Source of the DNA: Gemmatimonas sp. | Lineage (GTDB): Bacteria > Gemmatimonadota > Gemmatimonadetes > Gemmatimonadales > Gemmatimonadaceae | Direction: 5' to 3' | Assembly (NCBI GenBank): GCA_965279375.1 | Contig: OZ257156.1 | Location: 2,304,001 to 2,368,000, forward strand | DNA: 64,000 nucleotides | Shown here: piece after piece, positions 51,533 to 61,732 of the stretch | Position numbering within the stretch: position 1 is the first letter of the stretch | How the letters are laid out: each line of letters starts with the position of its first letter | The notes under the pieces: generated by a model | The model's database searches: none | What the model was told of the DNA's origin: nothing | Seen by the model: only the letters and a program-made list of their open reading frames with translations | Made by a program: the position numbers and the translations under genes

Positions 51533-53235
51533 GTGCGGAACTCGCCGATCAGGCCGCGCACGCGCATGCTGGCGGTCTGCAGCATCTCGGCGGTGCCGGA
51601 GACTTCCTGCGCCGAGGCCGACGTTTGCTCGGTGCTGGCGGCCACTTCTTCGGCGGCGGCAGCATGGCCTTCGGACGTGTCGCGCGCGCTGGTGAGGGCG
51701 CGCTGCACGGCGCCAAGCGAGGCGCGGTTGGTGGTGACGGCACTGGAGACACGCGTGGCCGCTCCTTCCACCTGAGAGACCGCTTCGTCGATGCGGGAGA
51801 GCGCGGTGGAGACACCAGACGCCACGAATTCGACGTCCTTGAGTCGTGTCGTGCCCGATTCGACCGAGTTGGACGCACTCGCGATGCGCGATCGAATGCG
51901 CTTCACGTTTTCCGTGACTTCGTTGGCCGCGCTGGCGCTCTGCTCGGCGAGCATGCGCACTTCCTGGGCAACCACGGCGAAGCCGCGCCCTGCGCTGCCG
52001 GCGCGCGCTGCTTCGATCGCCGCATTGAGTGCGAGCAGGTTGGTCTGTGTGGCGATCTCGGAGATGACGCCGACGAAATCGTCGATGACCGCCGTCGCAT
52101 CGCGCAGCGCCGCCATTTCGTTCTTGGAGTCGATCACCACTTCGCGTGCGCTGAGCAGCGTGTCGATGGCGATCTGCACCTGATCGCGCGTGCTGTTGGT
52201 GGTGCGACGGATCTCGCGGCCCACGCGTTCCGTTTCCACCGCGGCTTCACCGATGGTGGCGCCCGCTTCGGCGAGATCCTTGACTGTATCGCTGGCGAGA
52301 TTGAGTGCGCCCAACTGCACCGTGGCGCCGTGCGACATCTCCATCACCGCCGTGGTGACGTGCTGTGAGGAGGCGGCGGCTGCGGAAGCGGAGGCACTCA
52401 GTTCACCGGCGGCGAGCGTTACCTGATCGGCCTCGTCCTGCACGCGCGAGAGCAGAATGCGCAGACGCTCACGCGCCTGCTGCATCGCGGCAATCAGATC
52501 GGCGTACTCCTGCGCCACCTGACGGGTGCGCATCGGAATCGCCGGCAGGCGCAGATCGCCGGCGCCGATGGCTGCCATCTCTTCGCGCAACTGCGAGAGT
52601 GGCGTGGTGACGGCGCGCGCGGTGGAGAGACCAAAGAACGCCGCGAGCCCGAACGCCAACGCGATGACGATCGCGAGACTGGCTTCAGCGCGATGGAGGC
52701 CATCGCGCATGTGCTCCATGGAGTCGTTGGCGCCTGTGCGTGCGACGATGCGAAGGCCCTGCAGTTCGCCTTCGACGGCCTGCATGTCTTTCGTGGTTTG
52801 TTGCAGCACGCGTCGAGCGTCCGCCTCACGGCCTGCCACCTTCCACGCGTGCGTCATGGCGATGCGCACTTCGAGCGTGGCCTGTAGCGCGCCCAGCGTT
52901 TCGAGACGACGGCGTTCGTCTGCCGAAAGAATCTGCTGGCGAATTGCATCGCGGCGGAGCTGATCGGCCTGATCGACGAGCGCGAGATACTGCGCATGAT
53001 CGGTGTCGTCACCGCTGTTGAGATAGCGCATGCCGGCGATGAGCTCGCGCAGAATCGTGGCGGTGGAGCGTTCGGTGAACTCGGAGCGGTCCGAAAGTCG
53101 ACGCACAGTGCTGTCGGCCTCCGCATTGCTGCTGACGAGTCCATACCAGCCCAGAAGCCCGGCAAGCAGCAACAGTCCGATGGACGTCCCGAACCCGGCG
53201 ATGAGGCGAGAGCGGATGGTACGGAGCAGCATCAC
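51529..53235 (-). CDS. Methyl-accepting chemotaxis protein
   Basis: Two TMs, [40 protein letters not shown]. Confidence 0.96.
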   Translation of the reverse strand: MMLLRTIRSRLIAGFGTSIGLLLLAGLLGWYGLVSSNAEADSTVRRLSDRSEFTERSTATILRELIAGMRYLNSGDDTDHAQYLALVDQADQLRRDAIRQQILSADERRRLETLGALQATLEVRIAMTHAWKVAGREADARRVLQQTTKDMQAVEGELQGLRIVARTGANDSMEHMRDGLHRAEASLAIVIALAFGLAAFFGLSTARAVTTPLSQLREEMAAIGAGDLRLPAIPMRTRQVAQEYADLIAAMQQARERLRILLSRVQDEADQVTLAAGELSASASAAAASSQHVTTAVMEMSHGATVQLGALNLASDTVKDLAEAGATIGEAAVETERVGREIRRTTNSTRDQVQIAIDTLLSAREVVIDSKNEMAALRDATAVIDDFVGVISEIATQTNLLALNAAIEAARAGSAGRGFAVVAQEVRMLAEQSASAANEVTENVKRIRSRIASASNSVESGTTRLKDVEFVASGVSTALSRIDEAVSQVEGAATRVSSAVTTNRASLGAVQRALTSARDTSEGHAAAAEEVAASTEQTSASAQEVSGTAEMLQTASMRVRGLIGEFRT

Positions 53236-54350
53236 TTGCCGCCCCCGATCGTGGTGACGACGACCGAGCGGCCGGAGATGTCGTGATTGGGTTCGAAGGC
53301 GATTGGTCCGGCGGCACCCTGCACAGGCGCGACACCGTGGCCGAGTCGCTCGAGCGCGTCTTTGACTCCGGGGCGCGTGCGGCTGCCGGCGAGTGCGGCG
53401 CGGCCGATCGCGAGCGCCGCGTCATACGAGAGCGCGGCGAACATGTCCGGCTCGGCGTGATACTTCTCGCGATAGCGCGAGAGAAAGAGCTTGCCCTCGT
53501 CGCTCGTGGCGCGTTCAGGGCGGAAGAAGGCGACGAAGCGCGCCCCACGGGCTACCGAGGCGCTTTGCATCCCCTCGGTACCATCGCCGCCAACGAACGG
53601 GATGTGGACGTTGATGGCCTCGAGGGCGCGGAGCAGGGCGATGGCATCCACGGCGTCGCCGGGGAAGAGCAGCACGTCGGGGCGCTGAATCGCCAGCAGT
53701 CGGGCGTAGGCGTCCCACTCCATGATGCCGTTGAGGTACGGCTCGCGGTCGATGACCGTCGCGTTGCCGCGCGCAAAGGCATCGCTGAAGGTGCTGGTCC
53801 ACTCGCGCCCGTAGGCGTCGTTGCGGTAGACGATGGCGGCGCGCGTGGCGCGTAGCGTGTCGCGCACCCACTGCGCGACAAAGCGGGCGGCGTCGTTGTC
53901 GCTCGGGGCGACGCGGAAGAACCACGGGCTGATTCCGCTCAGCTTGGGCGAGGACGCCGTAGGAGAGACGGCGACGACCGCGTTGGCGCCGGCGTGCTCG
54001 ATGTCGGCGTAGACGGGGACGGCCTCGAGGGTGTTGCCGCTCTCCGGGTGACCGACCACGCCCAGCACCGACGGATCGTCGCGGAGTTGCTCAGCGATGC
54101 GCACCGCACTGACGGCGCGGGCGTCGGGGAGTCGAACTCGGAACTTGGCTGTGCCGGCCTCGTTGAGTCGCGCCACGGCGAGGTCGAGCCCCTGGAGGAC
54201 CGCCTCGTAGCCGGGGCGCCCGGGGATGGCCCCGACGCCGATGGCAATCGTGTCCGAGACCGGCGCCGCCTTGGCGCCGCAGGCGACGGTTAAGGCCGTG
54301 GCAATGGTGGCGCACAGGGTACGCGCACGCGCGCGCGAACGCCCGCGCAT
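53232..54350 (-). CDS. Branched-chain amino acid (LivJ/PBP type 1) substrate-binding lipoprotein
   Basis: TVAC lipobox, [36 protein letters not shown]. Start uncertain. Confidence 0.88.
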   Translation of the reverse strand: MRGRSRARARTLCATIATALTVACGAKAAPVSDTIAIGVGAIPGRPGYEAVLQGLDLAVARLNEAGTAKFRVRLPDARAVSAVRIAEQLRDDPSVLGVVGHPESGNTLEAVPVYADIEHAGANAVVAVSPTASSPKLSGISPWFFRVAPSDNDAARFVAQWVRDTLRATRAAIVYRNDAYGREWTSTFSDAFARGNATVIDREPYLNGIMEWDAYARLLAIQRPDVLLFPGDAVDAIALLRALEAINVHIPFVGGDGTEGMQSASVARGARFVAFFRPERATSDEGKLFLSRYREKYHAEPDMFAALSYDAALAIGRAALAGSRTRPGVKDALERLGHGVAPVQGAAGPIAFEPNHDISGRSVVVTTIGGGK

Positions 54351-54653
54351 GTGCGCGGCTTCATGTGGCGGCAGTGGCTGCGAAGAGAGGAGCATCGCGG
54401 GGAAGACGATCCGCGTGGAGCAAGGCAAATCGTGACGATTCTGGACCGACGGTACAGCATGTCACCAGTAAAAAATATGTTTGGCAGTTACTCGAGCTCG
54501 CCCGGTCGCAACGATTGTTCCTTTTCCTTTAGGCTTTCCTTGCCAGCAGCCGAAACCCCTGTTTAGCTTCGCTCTGCTTCTCCTACACGATCGCCTCATG
54601 ACAAAGTGCGGAAGCGTACCTGTCCTGAGGCCGCCCACATTCAAGGAACCGGC

Positions 54654-55970
54654 ATGGTTGGCATGTCCCGCCCGCGACGAGTTGCGCTCGTCGCGCTGCT
54701 GGGCGCAATGGCTCTCGGCCTTGCAGCCTGCGGTGAGAGTTATCCGAATTCGACGTTCAATCCGAATTCGGAGTACAACGCCGCAATCGACGCGCTTTGG
54801 GATCGCCTGCTGTATCTCGGCACGGCAGTCTTCATCGCAGTCGAGGCAGCTCTCGTCTACACGATCTTCCGTTATCGTCGTCGCCCGGGTGGCGGCGTGC
54901 CGAAGCAGGTCCACGGTAACACGACGCTCGAAATCGCATGGACTGCGATCCCGGCCGTCATTCTGATTTTCGTCGCCATCCCGACGGTTCGCACGATCTT
55001 CAAGACGCAGGCCAAGGCGGCGCCGGATGCGCTGCAGGTCGAAGTGATCGGGCATCAGTGGTGGTGGGAGTTCAAGTACCCGCAGTACGGCATTGCAACG
55101 GCCAACGAGCTGTATCTGCCGAACGGGCGCACGGTGAACTTCCAGCTCAAGACGATGGACGTGCTGCACTCCTTCTGGATCCCTCAGATGGGCGGCAAGC
55201 GCGACCTGATCTCGAACAAGACCAACTATCTGTGGTTCACGCCGAACAAGGACCTGCCGTCGTCGGCATGGAACGGGTTCTGCGCCGAGTTCTGCGGACC
55301 GTCGCATGCGAACATGAAGTTCCGCGTGTACACGGTGACGCCGGAGGAGTTCACGCAGTGGCGTGAGCATCAGGTGCGGCCGGCGGTGTTCCCGGTGGCT
55401 GTCGCGGACAGCGCGGCAACGGGTGTGTCGCCGGTACCGACCGGTGCGGGCAGTGCGCCGATGCTGCAGACGGCTGCGGCGACGCCGACGGCAGCGCCTG
55501 CGGGGGCCGCGGCTCCGACGCCGGTGACGCCTGCGGCGTGGACGTTCCCGATGGAGAAGATCGAGAAGGACTTCGCGTACGTGATCCCGAAGACGCCGCT
55601 TCCGACAACGATCAAGTTCGACGAGTCGCTGCTGGCGAAGGGCGATGCGAAGCGCGGACACGAGATCTACAGCCGGTCGTCGTGCATCGGTTGCCATGTG
55701 GTCACGGGCAACCCGATGAGCATGGGCAACATCGGCCCGAGCCTGACGCACGTCGGCACGCGCCACACCATCGCCGGCGGGCTGTATCCGAATGACAGCA
55801 AGCATCTGGCGTACTGGATCAAGAACGCCCCGATCATGAAGCCCGGCAGCATCATGCCGACGCTCGGCAAGGGCGAGACGGATCCGAAGACGAAGATGGT
55901 GATGAACGTTGGCGCACTGACCGACGCGGAAATCGCCGACATCGTGGCGTACCTGCTGGCTCTCAAGTAA
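54654..55970 (+). CDS. coxB: Cytochrome c oxidase subunit II with fused cytochrome c (caa3 type)
   Basis: LAAC lipobox, LEIAWT.IP, QWWWEF, DVLHSFW, CuA motif CAEFCGPSHANM, heme c CIGCH with KPGSIMP. Confidence 0.95.
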   Translation: MVGMSRPRRVALVALLGAMALGLAACGESYPNSTFNPNSEYNAAIDALWDRLLYLGTAVFIAVEAALVYTIFRYRRRPGGGVPKQVHGNTTLEIAWTAIPAVILIFVAIPTVRTIFKTQAKAAPDALQVEVIGHQWWWEFKYPQYGIATANELYLPNGRTVNFQLKTMDVLHSFWIPQMGGKRDLISNKTNYLWFTPNKDLPSSAWNGFCAEFCGPSHANMKFRVYTVTPEEFTQWREHQVRPAVFPVAVADSAATGVSPVPTGAGSAPMLQTAAATPTAAPAGAAAPTPVTPAAWTFPMEKIEKDFAYVIPKTPLPTTIKFDESLLAKGDAKRGHEIYSRSSCIGCHVVTGNPMSMGNIGPSLTHVGTRHTIAGGLYPNDSKHLAYWIKNAPIMKPGSIMPTLGKGETDPKTKMVMNVGALTDAEIADIVAYLLALK

Positions 55971-55993
55971 CCGCTCACCACACACATACAGCG

Positions 55994-57877
55994 ATGGCTA
56001 CCCTCGTCGCAGCGCCCCCGTACACCGAGAGCCAGACGGAGCCCGGCACCACCGGGATCATGAGCTGGCTCACCACGGTGGACCACAAGCGAATCGGGAC
56101 GCTCTATCTCGTTTCTGCGTTGTTTTTCTTCGTGTTCGGCGGCCTCGAAGCCGGACTGCTGCGTGCCCAGCTGGCCACTCCGAACGGCAAGGTGTTGTCG
56201 GCGGAGCTGTACAACCAGATGTTCACGATGCACGGCACGACGATGGTGTTCCTTGCCGTCATGCCGCTCTCCGCCGCCTTCTTCAACCTGCTGATTCCTC
56301 TGCAGATCGGCGCGCGCGACGTCGCCTTTCCGCGGCTGAATGCGTTCAGCTACTGGGTGTACGTGCTCGGCGCGCTGTTCATCACGTTCCCCATCTTCTT
56401 TCAGATGGCGCCGAACGGTGGCTGGTTTGGTTATGCCCCGCTGAGCACGAAGGCGTACTCGCCTGAGATGAACATGGATTTCTGGGTGATTGGCCTCCAG
56501 ATACTTGGCATCTCGTCGCTCGCGGCCGCGTTCAACTTCATCACGACGATCATCAACATGCGTGCACCGGGCATGACGCTCATGCGCATGCCGATCTTCA
56601 CGTGGATGTCGTTCGTGGTGCAGTTCCTCGTGGCGCTGGCGTTCCCGGTCATCACCGTGGCGCTGATCTTCCTGCAGTTCGACCGCTTCTTCGGCACGAA
56701 CTTCTACACGATCGCCAAGGGCGCCGACCCGCTGCTGTGGCAGCATCTGTTCTGGGTGTTCGGCCACCCCGAGGTGTACATCCTCATCCTGCCGGCCTTC
56801 GGTCTCGTCTCCGAAGTGCTGCCGACGTTCTCGCGCAAGCCGTTGTTCGGCTACCCGGTCATGGTGTACTCGGGCACGCTGATCGGCTTCTTGGGCTTCG
56901 GCGTGTGGGCGCACCACATGTTCTCCGTGGGCATGGGCGCGATCGCCGACGCGGTCTTCTCGCTGACGACGATGCTCATCGCCGTGCCGACGGGCGTGAA
57001 GATCTTCAACTGGATCGCGACGATGTGGGGCGGCCAGCTGCGCTTCACCGTGGCGATGAAGTTCGCCGTGGCGCTGGTGGGCATGTTCACGATCGGCGGT
57101 ATCTCCGGCGTGATGCACTCCTCGCCGCCGGCCGACCTGCAGCAGACCGACACGTATTTCGTGGTGGCGCACTTCCACTACGTGCTGGTCGGCGGCTCGA
57201 TGTTCGGCCTGTTCTCCGGCGTGTACTACTACTTCCCGAAGTTCACCGGTCGCATGATGAGCGAGAAGCTCGGCAACTGGAACTTCTGGGTGTTCCTGCT
57301 CGGCATGAACCTGACGTTCTTCCCCATGCACTTCAGCGGTCTGCTCGGCATGCCGCGCCGCATTTATCAGTACGATGCGGGGCAGGGGATCGAACTGTTC
57401 AACATGATCTCGTCGGTGGGCTACGTCATTCAGGCGCTCGGCGTGCTGTTCGGCGTGATCAACATGTGGGTCAGCTGGCGCAACGGCGCGCGCGCGTCGA
57501 GCAATCCGTGGGGCGCTCCGACGCTCGAATGGACGCTGCCGTCTCCGCCGCCCGACTACAACTTCGCCGAGATTCCGCAGGTGAAGTCGCGCTACCCGCT
57601 GTGGAACGTGAAGGGCGGCGACACGCTCGTGCACGAGACCACGTGGGAAGAAGAGAAGAACCGCGTCATTCCGACCGCCAAGCAGCTTGGCATCGTGATG
57701 CCAAACCCGTCGATCTGGCCGCTGATCTGCGCCGCGGGACTGATCGTGATGTTCTCTGGTCTGTTGTTCCTGGAGCGCACGCCGTTCGTCGGCATCGGCA
57801 TCATGCTCGCCGGTTCCGCGTGGATGGTGGGATCACTTTACAAGTGGCTCATGACGCCGCTCGAGGACCATCACTAA
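55994..57877 (+). CDS. coxA: Cytochrome c oxidase subunit I (A1 type)
   Basis: TVDHKRIG, TMHG, GHPEVY, WAHH, AHFHY, GMPRR. Confidence 0.97.
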   Translation: MATLVAAPPYTESQTEPGTTGIMSWLTTVDHKRIGTLYLVSALFFFVFGGLEAGLLRAQLATPNGKVLSAELYNQMFTMHGTTMVFLAVMPLSAAFFNLLIPLQIGARDVAFPRLNAFSYWVYVLGALFITFPIFFQMAPNGGWFGYAPLSTKAYSPEMNMDFWVIGLQILGISSLAAAFNFITTIINMRAPGMTLMRMPIFTWMSFVVQFLVALAFPVITVALIFLQFDRFFGTNFYTIAKGADPLLWQHLFWVFGHPEVYILILPAFGLVSEVLPTFSRKPLFGYPVMVYSGTLIGFLGFGVWAHHMFSVGMGAIADAVFSLTTMLIAVPTGVKIFNWIATMWGGQLRFTVAMKFAVALVGMFTIGGISGVMHSSPPADLQQTDTYFVVAHFHYVLVGGSMFGLFSGVYYYFPKFTGRMMSEKLGNWNFWVFLLGMNLTFFPMHFSGLLGMPRRIYQYDAGQGIELFNMISSVGYVIQALGVLFGVINMWVSWRNGARASSNPWGAPTLEWTLPSPPPDYNFAEIPQVKSRYPLWNVKGGDTLVHETTWEEEKNRVIPTAKQLGIVMPNPSIWPLICAAGLIVMFSGLLFLERTPFVGIGIMLAGSAWMVGSLYKWLMTPLEDHH

Positions 57878-57878
57878 G

Positions 57879-58577
57879 ATGACTGCGACCACGACTCCAA
57901 CGGCCGCACCACACGGTGACGGCCACGCGCACGGCGGCGGTGGGCACTACACCACGCTGGGGCTCGACAATCGTAAAGTGGCCATTTGGACCTTCATCGG
58001 GTCCGAGTGCATGCTCTTCGCGTCGCTCATCTCGACGTATCTGATCTACAAGGGCAAGAGCCCGGAAGGCCCATATCCGCACGAGGCGTGGACCAACCCG
58101 GGCACGGGCGAAGTCTTCAAGCCGATCCTGAACATCCCGGTGACGTCGGCGTCCACGTTCGTGCTGCTGATGTCGTCGCTGGCGATGGTGCTCGCGCTCG
58201 CCGCAGTGCAGAACCGCGACATGCCCAAGCACGGCACGTGGGAGAAGATCCTGGGCTCGTCCAAGTTGTGGCTGTGGACGACGTGTCTCTTGGGCATCGG
58301 CTTCCTCGGCTGTCAGGCGTACGAATTCACGTCCTTCATTCACGAAGGGCTGTCGATGCGCACTAACCTGTTCGGTTCGAGCTTCTTCACGCTGACCGGC
58401 TTCCACGGCGCGCACGTCACGGCGGGTGTGCTGTGGCTGTTCACGCTGCTGGCGATCGACTACAAGCGTGGACTCGGCCCCAAGGACGCCACGACCGTCG
58501 ACATCTGCGCGCTGTACTGGCACTTCGTCGACGTGGTCTGGATCGCGATCTTCACGCTCGTCTACCTGATCAAGTAA
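57879..58577 (+). CDS. coxC: Cytochrome c oxidase subunit III
   Basis: WTFIGSE, TGFHGAHV, YWHFVDVVW. Confidence 0.95.
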   Translation: MTATTTPTAAPHGDGHAHGGGGHYTTLGLDNRKVAIWTFIGSECMLFASLISTYLIYKGKSPEGPYPHEAWTNPGTGEVFKPILNIPVTSASTFVLLMSSLAMVLALAAVQNRDMPKHGTWEKILGSSKLWLWTTCLLGIGFLGCQAYEFTSFIHEGLSMRTNLFGSSFFTLTGFHGAHVTAGVLWLFTLLAIDYKRGLGPKDATTVDICALYWHFVDVVWIAIFTLVYLIK

Positions 58578-58587
58578 GGAGCTCGCC

Positions 58588-58929
58588 ATGGCAGATCACG
58601 CACAGGCCGGCGGCCACGCGCACGACGAATACCATCCGACGTGGTCCACGTACTGGAAGGTCGCGTTGTTCCTCACCGTCATCACGGCGATCGAGGTCTC
58701 CGCGTACTACATCCCCGCGTGGGAAACGTCGTGGATCTACGTCCCCAGCATGCTCATCATGTCGGGGATCAAGTTCGCGGTGGTCGTCGCGTTCTACATG
58801 CACCTCAAGTACGACCACAAGATCTTCCGCGCGCTGTTCACCGGACCGCTGATGATCGCGACGCTGACGCTCATCGGCTTGCTGTTCCTCTTCTCCAAGC
58901 TGGCCATCAAGCTCGGCCTCTTGGCGTAG
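58588..58929 (+). CDS. coxD: Cytochrome c oxidase subunit IV
   Basis: TAIEV, KF..V..FYMHLKYD; AAGGAG SD. Confidence 0.88.
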   Translation: MADHAQAGGHAHDEYHPTWSTYWKVALFLTVITAIEVSAYYIPAWETSWIYVPSMLIMSGIKFAVVVAFYMHLKYDHKIFRALFTGPLMIATLTLIGLLFLFSKLAIKLGLLA

Positions 58930-58933
58930 CCCG

Positions 58934-58951
58934 GCCGCCCTTCGGGGCGGC
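58934..58951 (+). terminator. UUCG hairpin after the oxidase structural genes
   Basis: gccgccc-ttcg-gggcggc followed by tatctt. Confidence 0.55.
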
Positions 58952-58963
58952 TATCTTGGGTAC

Positions 58964-59878
58964 ATGATGCTTCTCCATCCCGCCGCGCAGCTTTCCTGGA
59001 CGAACTTCACGGTTCATCCGAGCACCGCGATCGGGATAGCGGCCCTCGGTGCGGCGTATCTCATGCGCGCGCGCCGGGGGCCGTCTGCTGCCGACCGGTT
59101 TCCCGTCACCGTCGCGAACATCGCTGACGCAACACCGGCGCAAATCGATGCGGCGGCCGCAGCGCCGGGCCCGACCGTCGGCCAACGTGCGAGCTTCTTC
59201 GCGGCACTCGTGCTGCTGTTCTTCACGCTGAACGGGCCGCTGCACGACCTGAGCGACTACTACCTGTTCAGCGCGCACATGGTGCAGCATCTCGTGCTCA
59301 CGCTGATGGTGCCGCCGCTGATGGTGCTCGGCACGCCCGGCTGGATGCTGCGTCCGCTGCTGCGCAATGCGCGCGTCTATCGCTTCGCGAAGGCGATCAC
59401 GGGATTCGGCGGCAGCTTTGCGATCTTCAACGTGGTGCTGGCGTTCTGGCATCTGCCGCCGATGTACAACCTCGCGTTGGCGCAGCACCCGATTCACATC
59501 GCGCAGCATCTCATGTTCATCGCGGCGTCGGTGTTCATGTGGTGGCCGCTGACATCGCCGCTGCCGGAGTTGCCGCGGGCGTCGTATCCGATGCAGATGC
59601 TTTACTGCTTCATCATGACGATTCCGATGTCCGTCATCGCGATCTACATCGCGATGGCCGACTCGCTGCTCTATCCGGGCTACGCCGTCGCACCGCGCGT
59701 GCTGGGCATCACGCCGATGATGGATCAGCAGTACGGCGGATTGATCATGTGGATCCCGGGCGGGCTGTTTTTCTACAGCGTGATGACGGTCGTCTTCTTC
59801 AAGTGGTCGGGACGCGGCGAAGACACCGAGGCAAGCGCACAGGTGGGATGGGTGGGCGGGGATACCGTCTCCGGGTAG
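58964..59878 (+). CDS. ctaG: Cytochrome c oxidase assembly factor (Caa3_CtaG family)
   Basis: LFSAHMVQH, WHLP..Y, H..QH, DQQYGGLIMWIPG. Confidence 0.9.
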   Translation: MMLLHPAAQLSWTNFTVHPSTAIGIAALGAAYLMRARRGPSAADRFPVTVANIADATPAQIDAAAAAPGPTVGQRASFFAALVLLFFTLNGPLHDLSDYYLFSAHMVQHLVLTLMVPPLMVLGTPGWMLRPLLRNARVYRFAKAITGFGGSFAIFNVVLAFWHLPPMYNLALAQHPIHIAQHLMFIAASVFMWWPLTSPLPELPRASYPMQMLYCFIMTIPMSVIAIYIAMADSLLYPGYAVAPRVLGITPMMDQQYGGLIMWIPGGLFFYSVMTVVFFKWSGRGEDTEASAQVGWVGGDTVSG

Positions 59879-59916
59879 CTTTCGTCTCGAGGTTCGATCC
59901 CCAGCCGGAGTGCAGC

Positions 59917-60432
59917 ATGCCCGCCAGAAAGCCGTCCAGTGGCAAACGCGCCGTGAAGAAGACCGTCCAGGCCACCGAGAACAAGTTCGGCAAGGCCGCG
60001 CGTGTTGCGGCCCAGTTGGGCGGCAAGAAGCCGGTGGCGTGGCAGAAGTCCGAAGCCCCCAGGCGTGCGGCGTACGTGCCACCTGAAGCGATGGAAGAAG
60101 CCGCGTTCGCCAAGGCGAGCGTGTTCAGCGCGACGGCGGCGCGCACGCTCGACGCGTCAGTCTCCGACGTCTTCCGCGCGTTCAACGATCCGATGCGTCG
60201 GGACTGGTGTCACGAGCGGATGTTCAGCGTGCGTGCGGCGGTGGCGCCGCGCATGCTCAAACTCGAGATGCCGGACAAGAGCCTCGTGCTGGTCGGCATC
60301 GAGCGCAAAGGCAACTCGCGATGCATTGTGTCGGTGGAGCAGTCACAGATGCTGAGCGCGGACGCAGCCGATCGAGCGAAAACGACGTGGAAGCAATCGC
60401 TCGATCGGCTGGCGATGAAGCTCGACGAGTAG
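59917..60432 (+). CDS. Hypothetical protein (basic N-terminus, SRPBCC-like C-terminus)
   Basis: GGAG SD; RTLDASVSDVFRAF.D..R..W, V.VEQ, W...LDRL. Confidence 0.6.
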   Translation: MPARKPSSGKRAVKKTVQATENKFGKAARVAAQLGGKKPVAWQKSEAPRRAAYVPPEAMEEAAFAKASVFSATAARTLDASVSDVFRAFNDPMRRDWCHERMFSVRAAVAPRMLKLEMPDKSLVLVGIERKGNSRCIVSVEQSQMLSADAADRAKTTWKQSLDRLAMKLDE

Positions 60433-60441
60433 ACCGGTCTG

Positions 60442-60933
60442 CTACTCCAGTGCGCCGGCGAGGACCGCGTTGACGCGGCCCGGAAGTGCGGGATGCTGGC
60501 GCCACATGTAGAGCCCCATCGCGGCCGCACCGATCAGGTTCGCGATGAACACCTGCAGCCAGGTGAGTTCACCGAAGCCCTGCGAGAGCACCGACGTCCA
60601 GCCGACCCAGCCCACTTCGAAGACAGCGACGAGTCCCAGGAATCCAACGAGCACCGACGGTGTCTTTTCGCCCGCGTTGACGACCCAGGAGAACACCAGG
60701 CCGATCATCGTGAACAGCGCGAAGTGAAGGACGGTGTAGCCGAGGAAGGAGGCAGCGAAGCTGGGTTCGACGTTCTGCAGGAAGAGCGATCCGAATGACT
60801 TGCCGAGCATGACCGGCGTGGCAAGGAGCTGTCCTTGCACGGCGTCGAGGATGGCGAACCAGACTGCGATCGCGCTGGCGCCGATGAGGCCAGCGGAGAT
60901 CCCTTCACGAGCAACTCGATTGGTCGTGGACAT
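60442..60933 (-). CDS. Hypothetical membrane protein (4 TM)
   Basis: EGISAGLIGA..VWF..D, TP..LG, YTVLHF, ANL. Confidence 0.7.
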   Translation of the reverse strand: MSTTNRVAREGISAGLIGASAIAVWFAILDAVQGQLLATPVMLGKSFGSLFLQNVEPSFAASFLGYTVLHFALFTMIGLVFSWVVNAGEKTPSVLVGFLGLVAVFEVGWVGWTSVLSQGFGELTWLQVFIANLIGAAAMGLYMWRQHPALPGRVNAVLAGALE

Positions 60934-61177
60934 CTGATGCCTTGCTCCTGTCGAAACGGTTAGGAAGGCGATGGAGAGTGTGTCGCCGCCGTTGTTCGGC
61001 GTCGGCGTCACTGCGGATCGGGAGGTGGGGACTGCGGAATCCGAATCTCTCAACAACTGTATATTCGCTCGCGTAGCGGCGTCCGCCAGAGGGACCCTCG
61101 ACAAAGCCGCGCCCCTGTCTCAGTCTACGCCTCGTCCGCCGAAGCGTTCCCCCTTCGATCGCCTATCCGACCAGCCC

Positions 61178-61732
61178 ATGGCCCGACGTTCGCGCTGCCT
61201 CCTGATGTCTCCTGTTGTGCTTGCCTCGGTTGCGCTGGTCGGTGCCGCCTGCGGCGGCGGGCCAGAGAAGGGGAGCACAGCCGACAAGATCGCGCAGAGC
61301 ACCAGCGCGGCCGCCTGTGCCGCGGCGGACACGACGGCGCTGTACGTGGCGGTGAAGGAGTACATCTCCACCGTGCGTCCCACGCCGCAGCGTTTTCTGA
61401 GTGCGGCGGGAACGGACTCGGCGGTGCCCGAAGACGCCTTCAAGGCGTTGCAGGACAAGGGGCCGTCGTTCTTCTACAGCTCCGACACGGCCGCGCAGCG
61501 GCAGATTCGCGACAAGCTGGCCGCAGTGGGACCGTACGCGTCGCTGCTCGTGCTGTTCAAGGGCAAGACCGCAAGCTCGACGGGTGATTCGATCACCGTC
61601 CAGCTGGGCGGCCAGTACGTGGGTGGGGAGCACGAAGGCAAGCGTGCGGCGATGGGTCGCTATGTGGTGCAGTGTGATTCGTCGCGGTGGAAGCTGGTGA
61701 GCGCCACGCTCGACTCGTCGGCCACGCGCTGA
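61178..61732 (+). CDS. Hypothetical lipoprotein
   Basis: GAAC lipobox; stop overlaps the next ATG. Confidence 0.68.
   Translation: MARRSRCLLMSPVVLASVALVGAACGGGPEKGSTADKIAQSTSAAACAAADTTALYVAVKEYISTVRPTPQRFLSAAGTDSAVPEDAFKALQDKGPSFFYSSDTAAQRQIRDKLAAVGPYASLLVLFKGKTASSTGDSITVQLGGQYVGGEHEGKRAAMGRYVVQCDSSRWKLVSATLDSSATR

Noticed and set aside
59869..59910. tRNA-like fragments (gtagct, ggttcgatcc, ctccgg/ccggag ends)
   Set aside because: Too short, no anticodon arm, overlaps the ctaG stop; probably coincidental.
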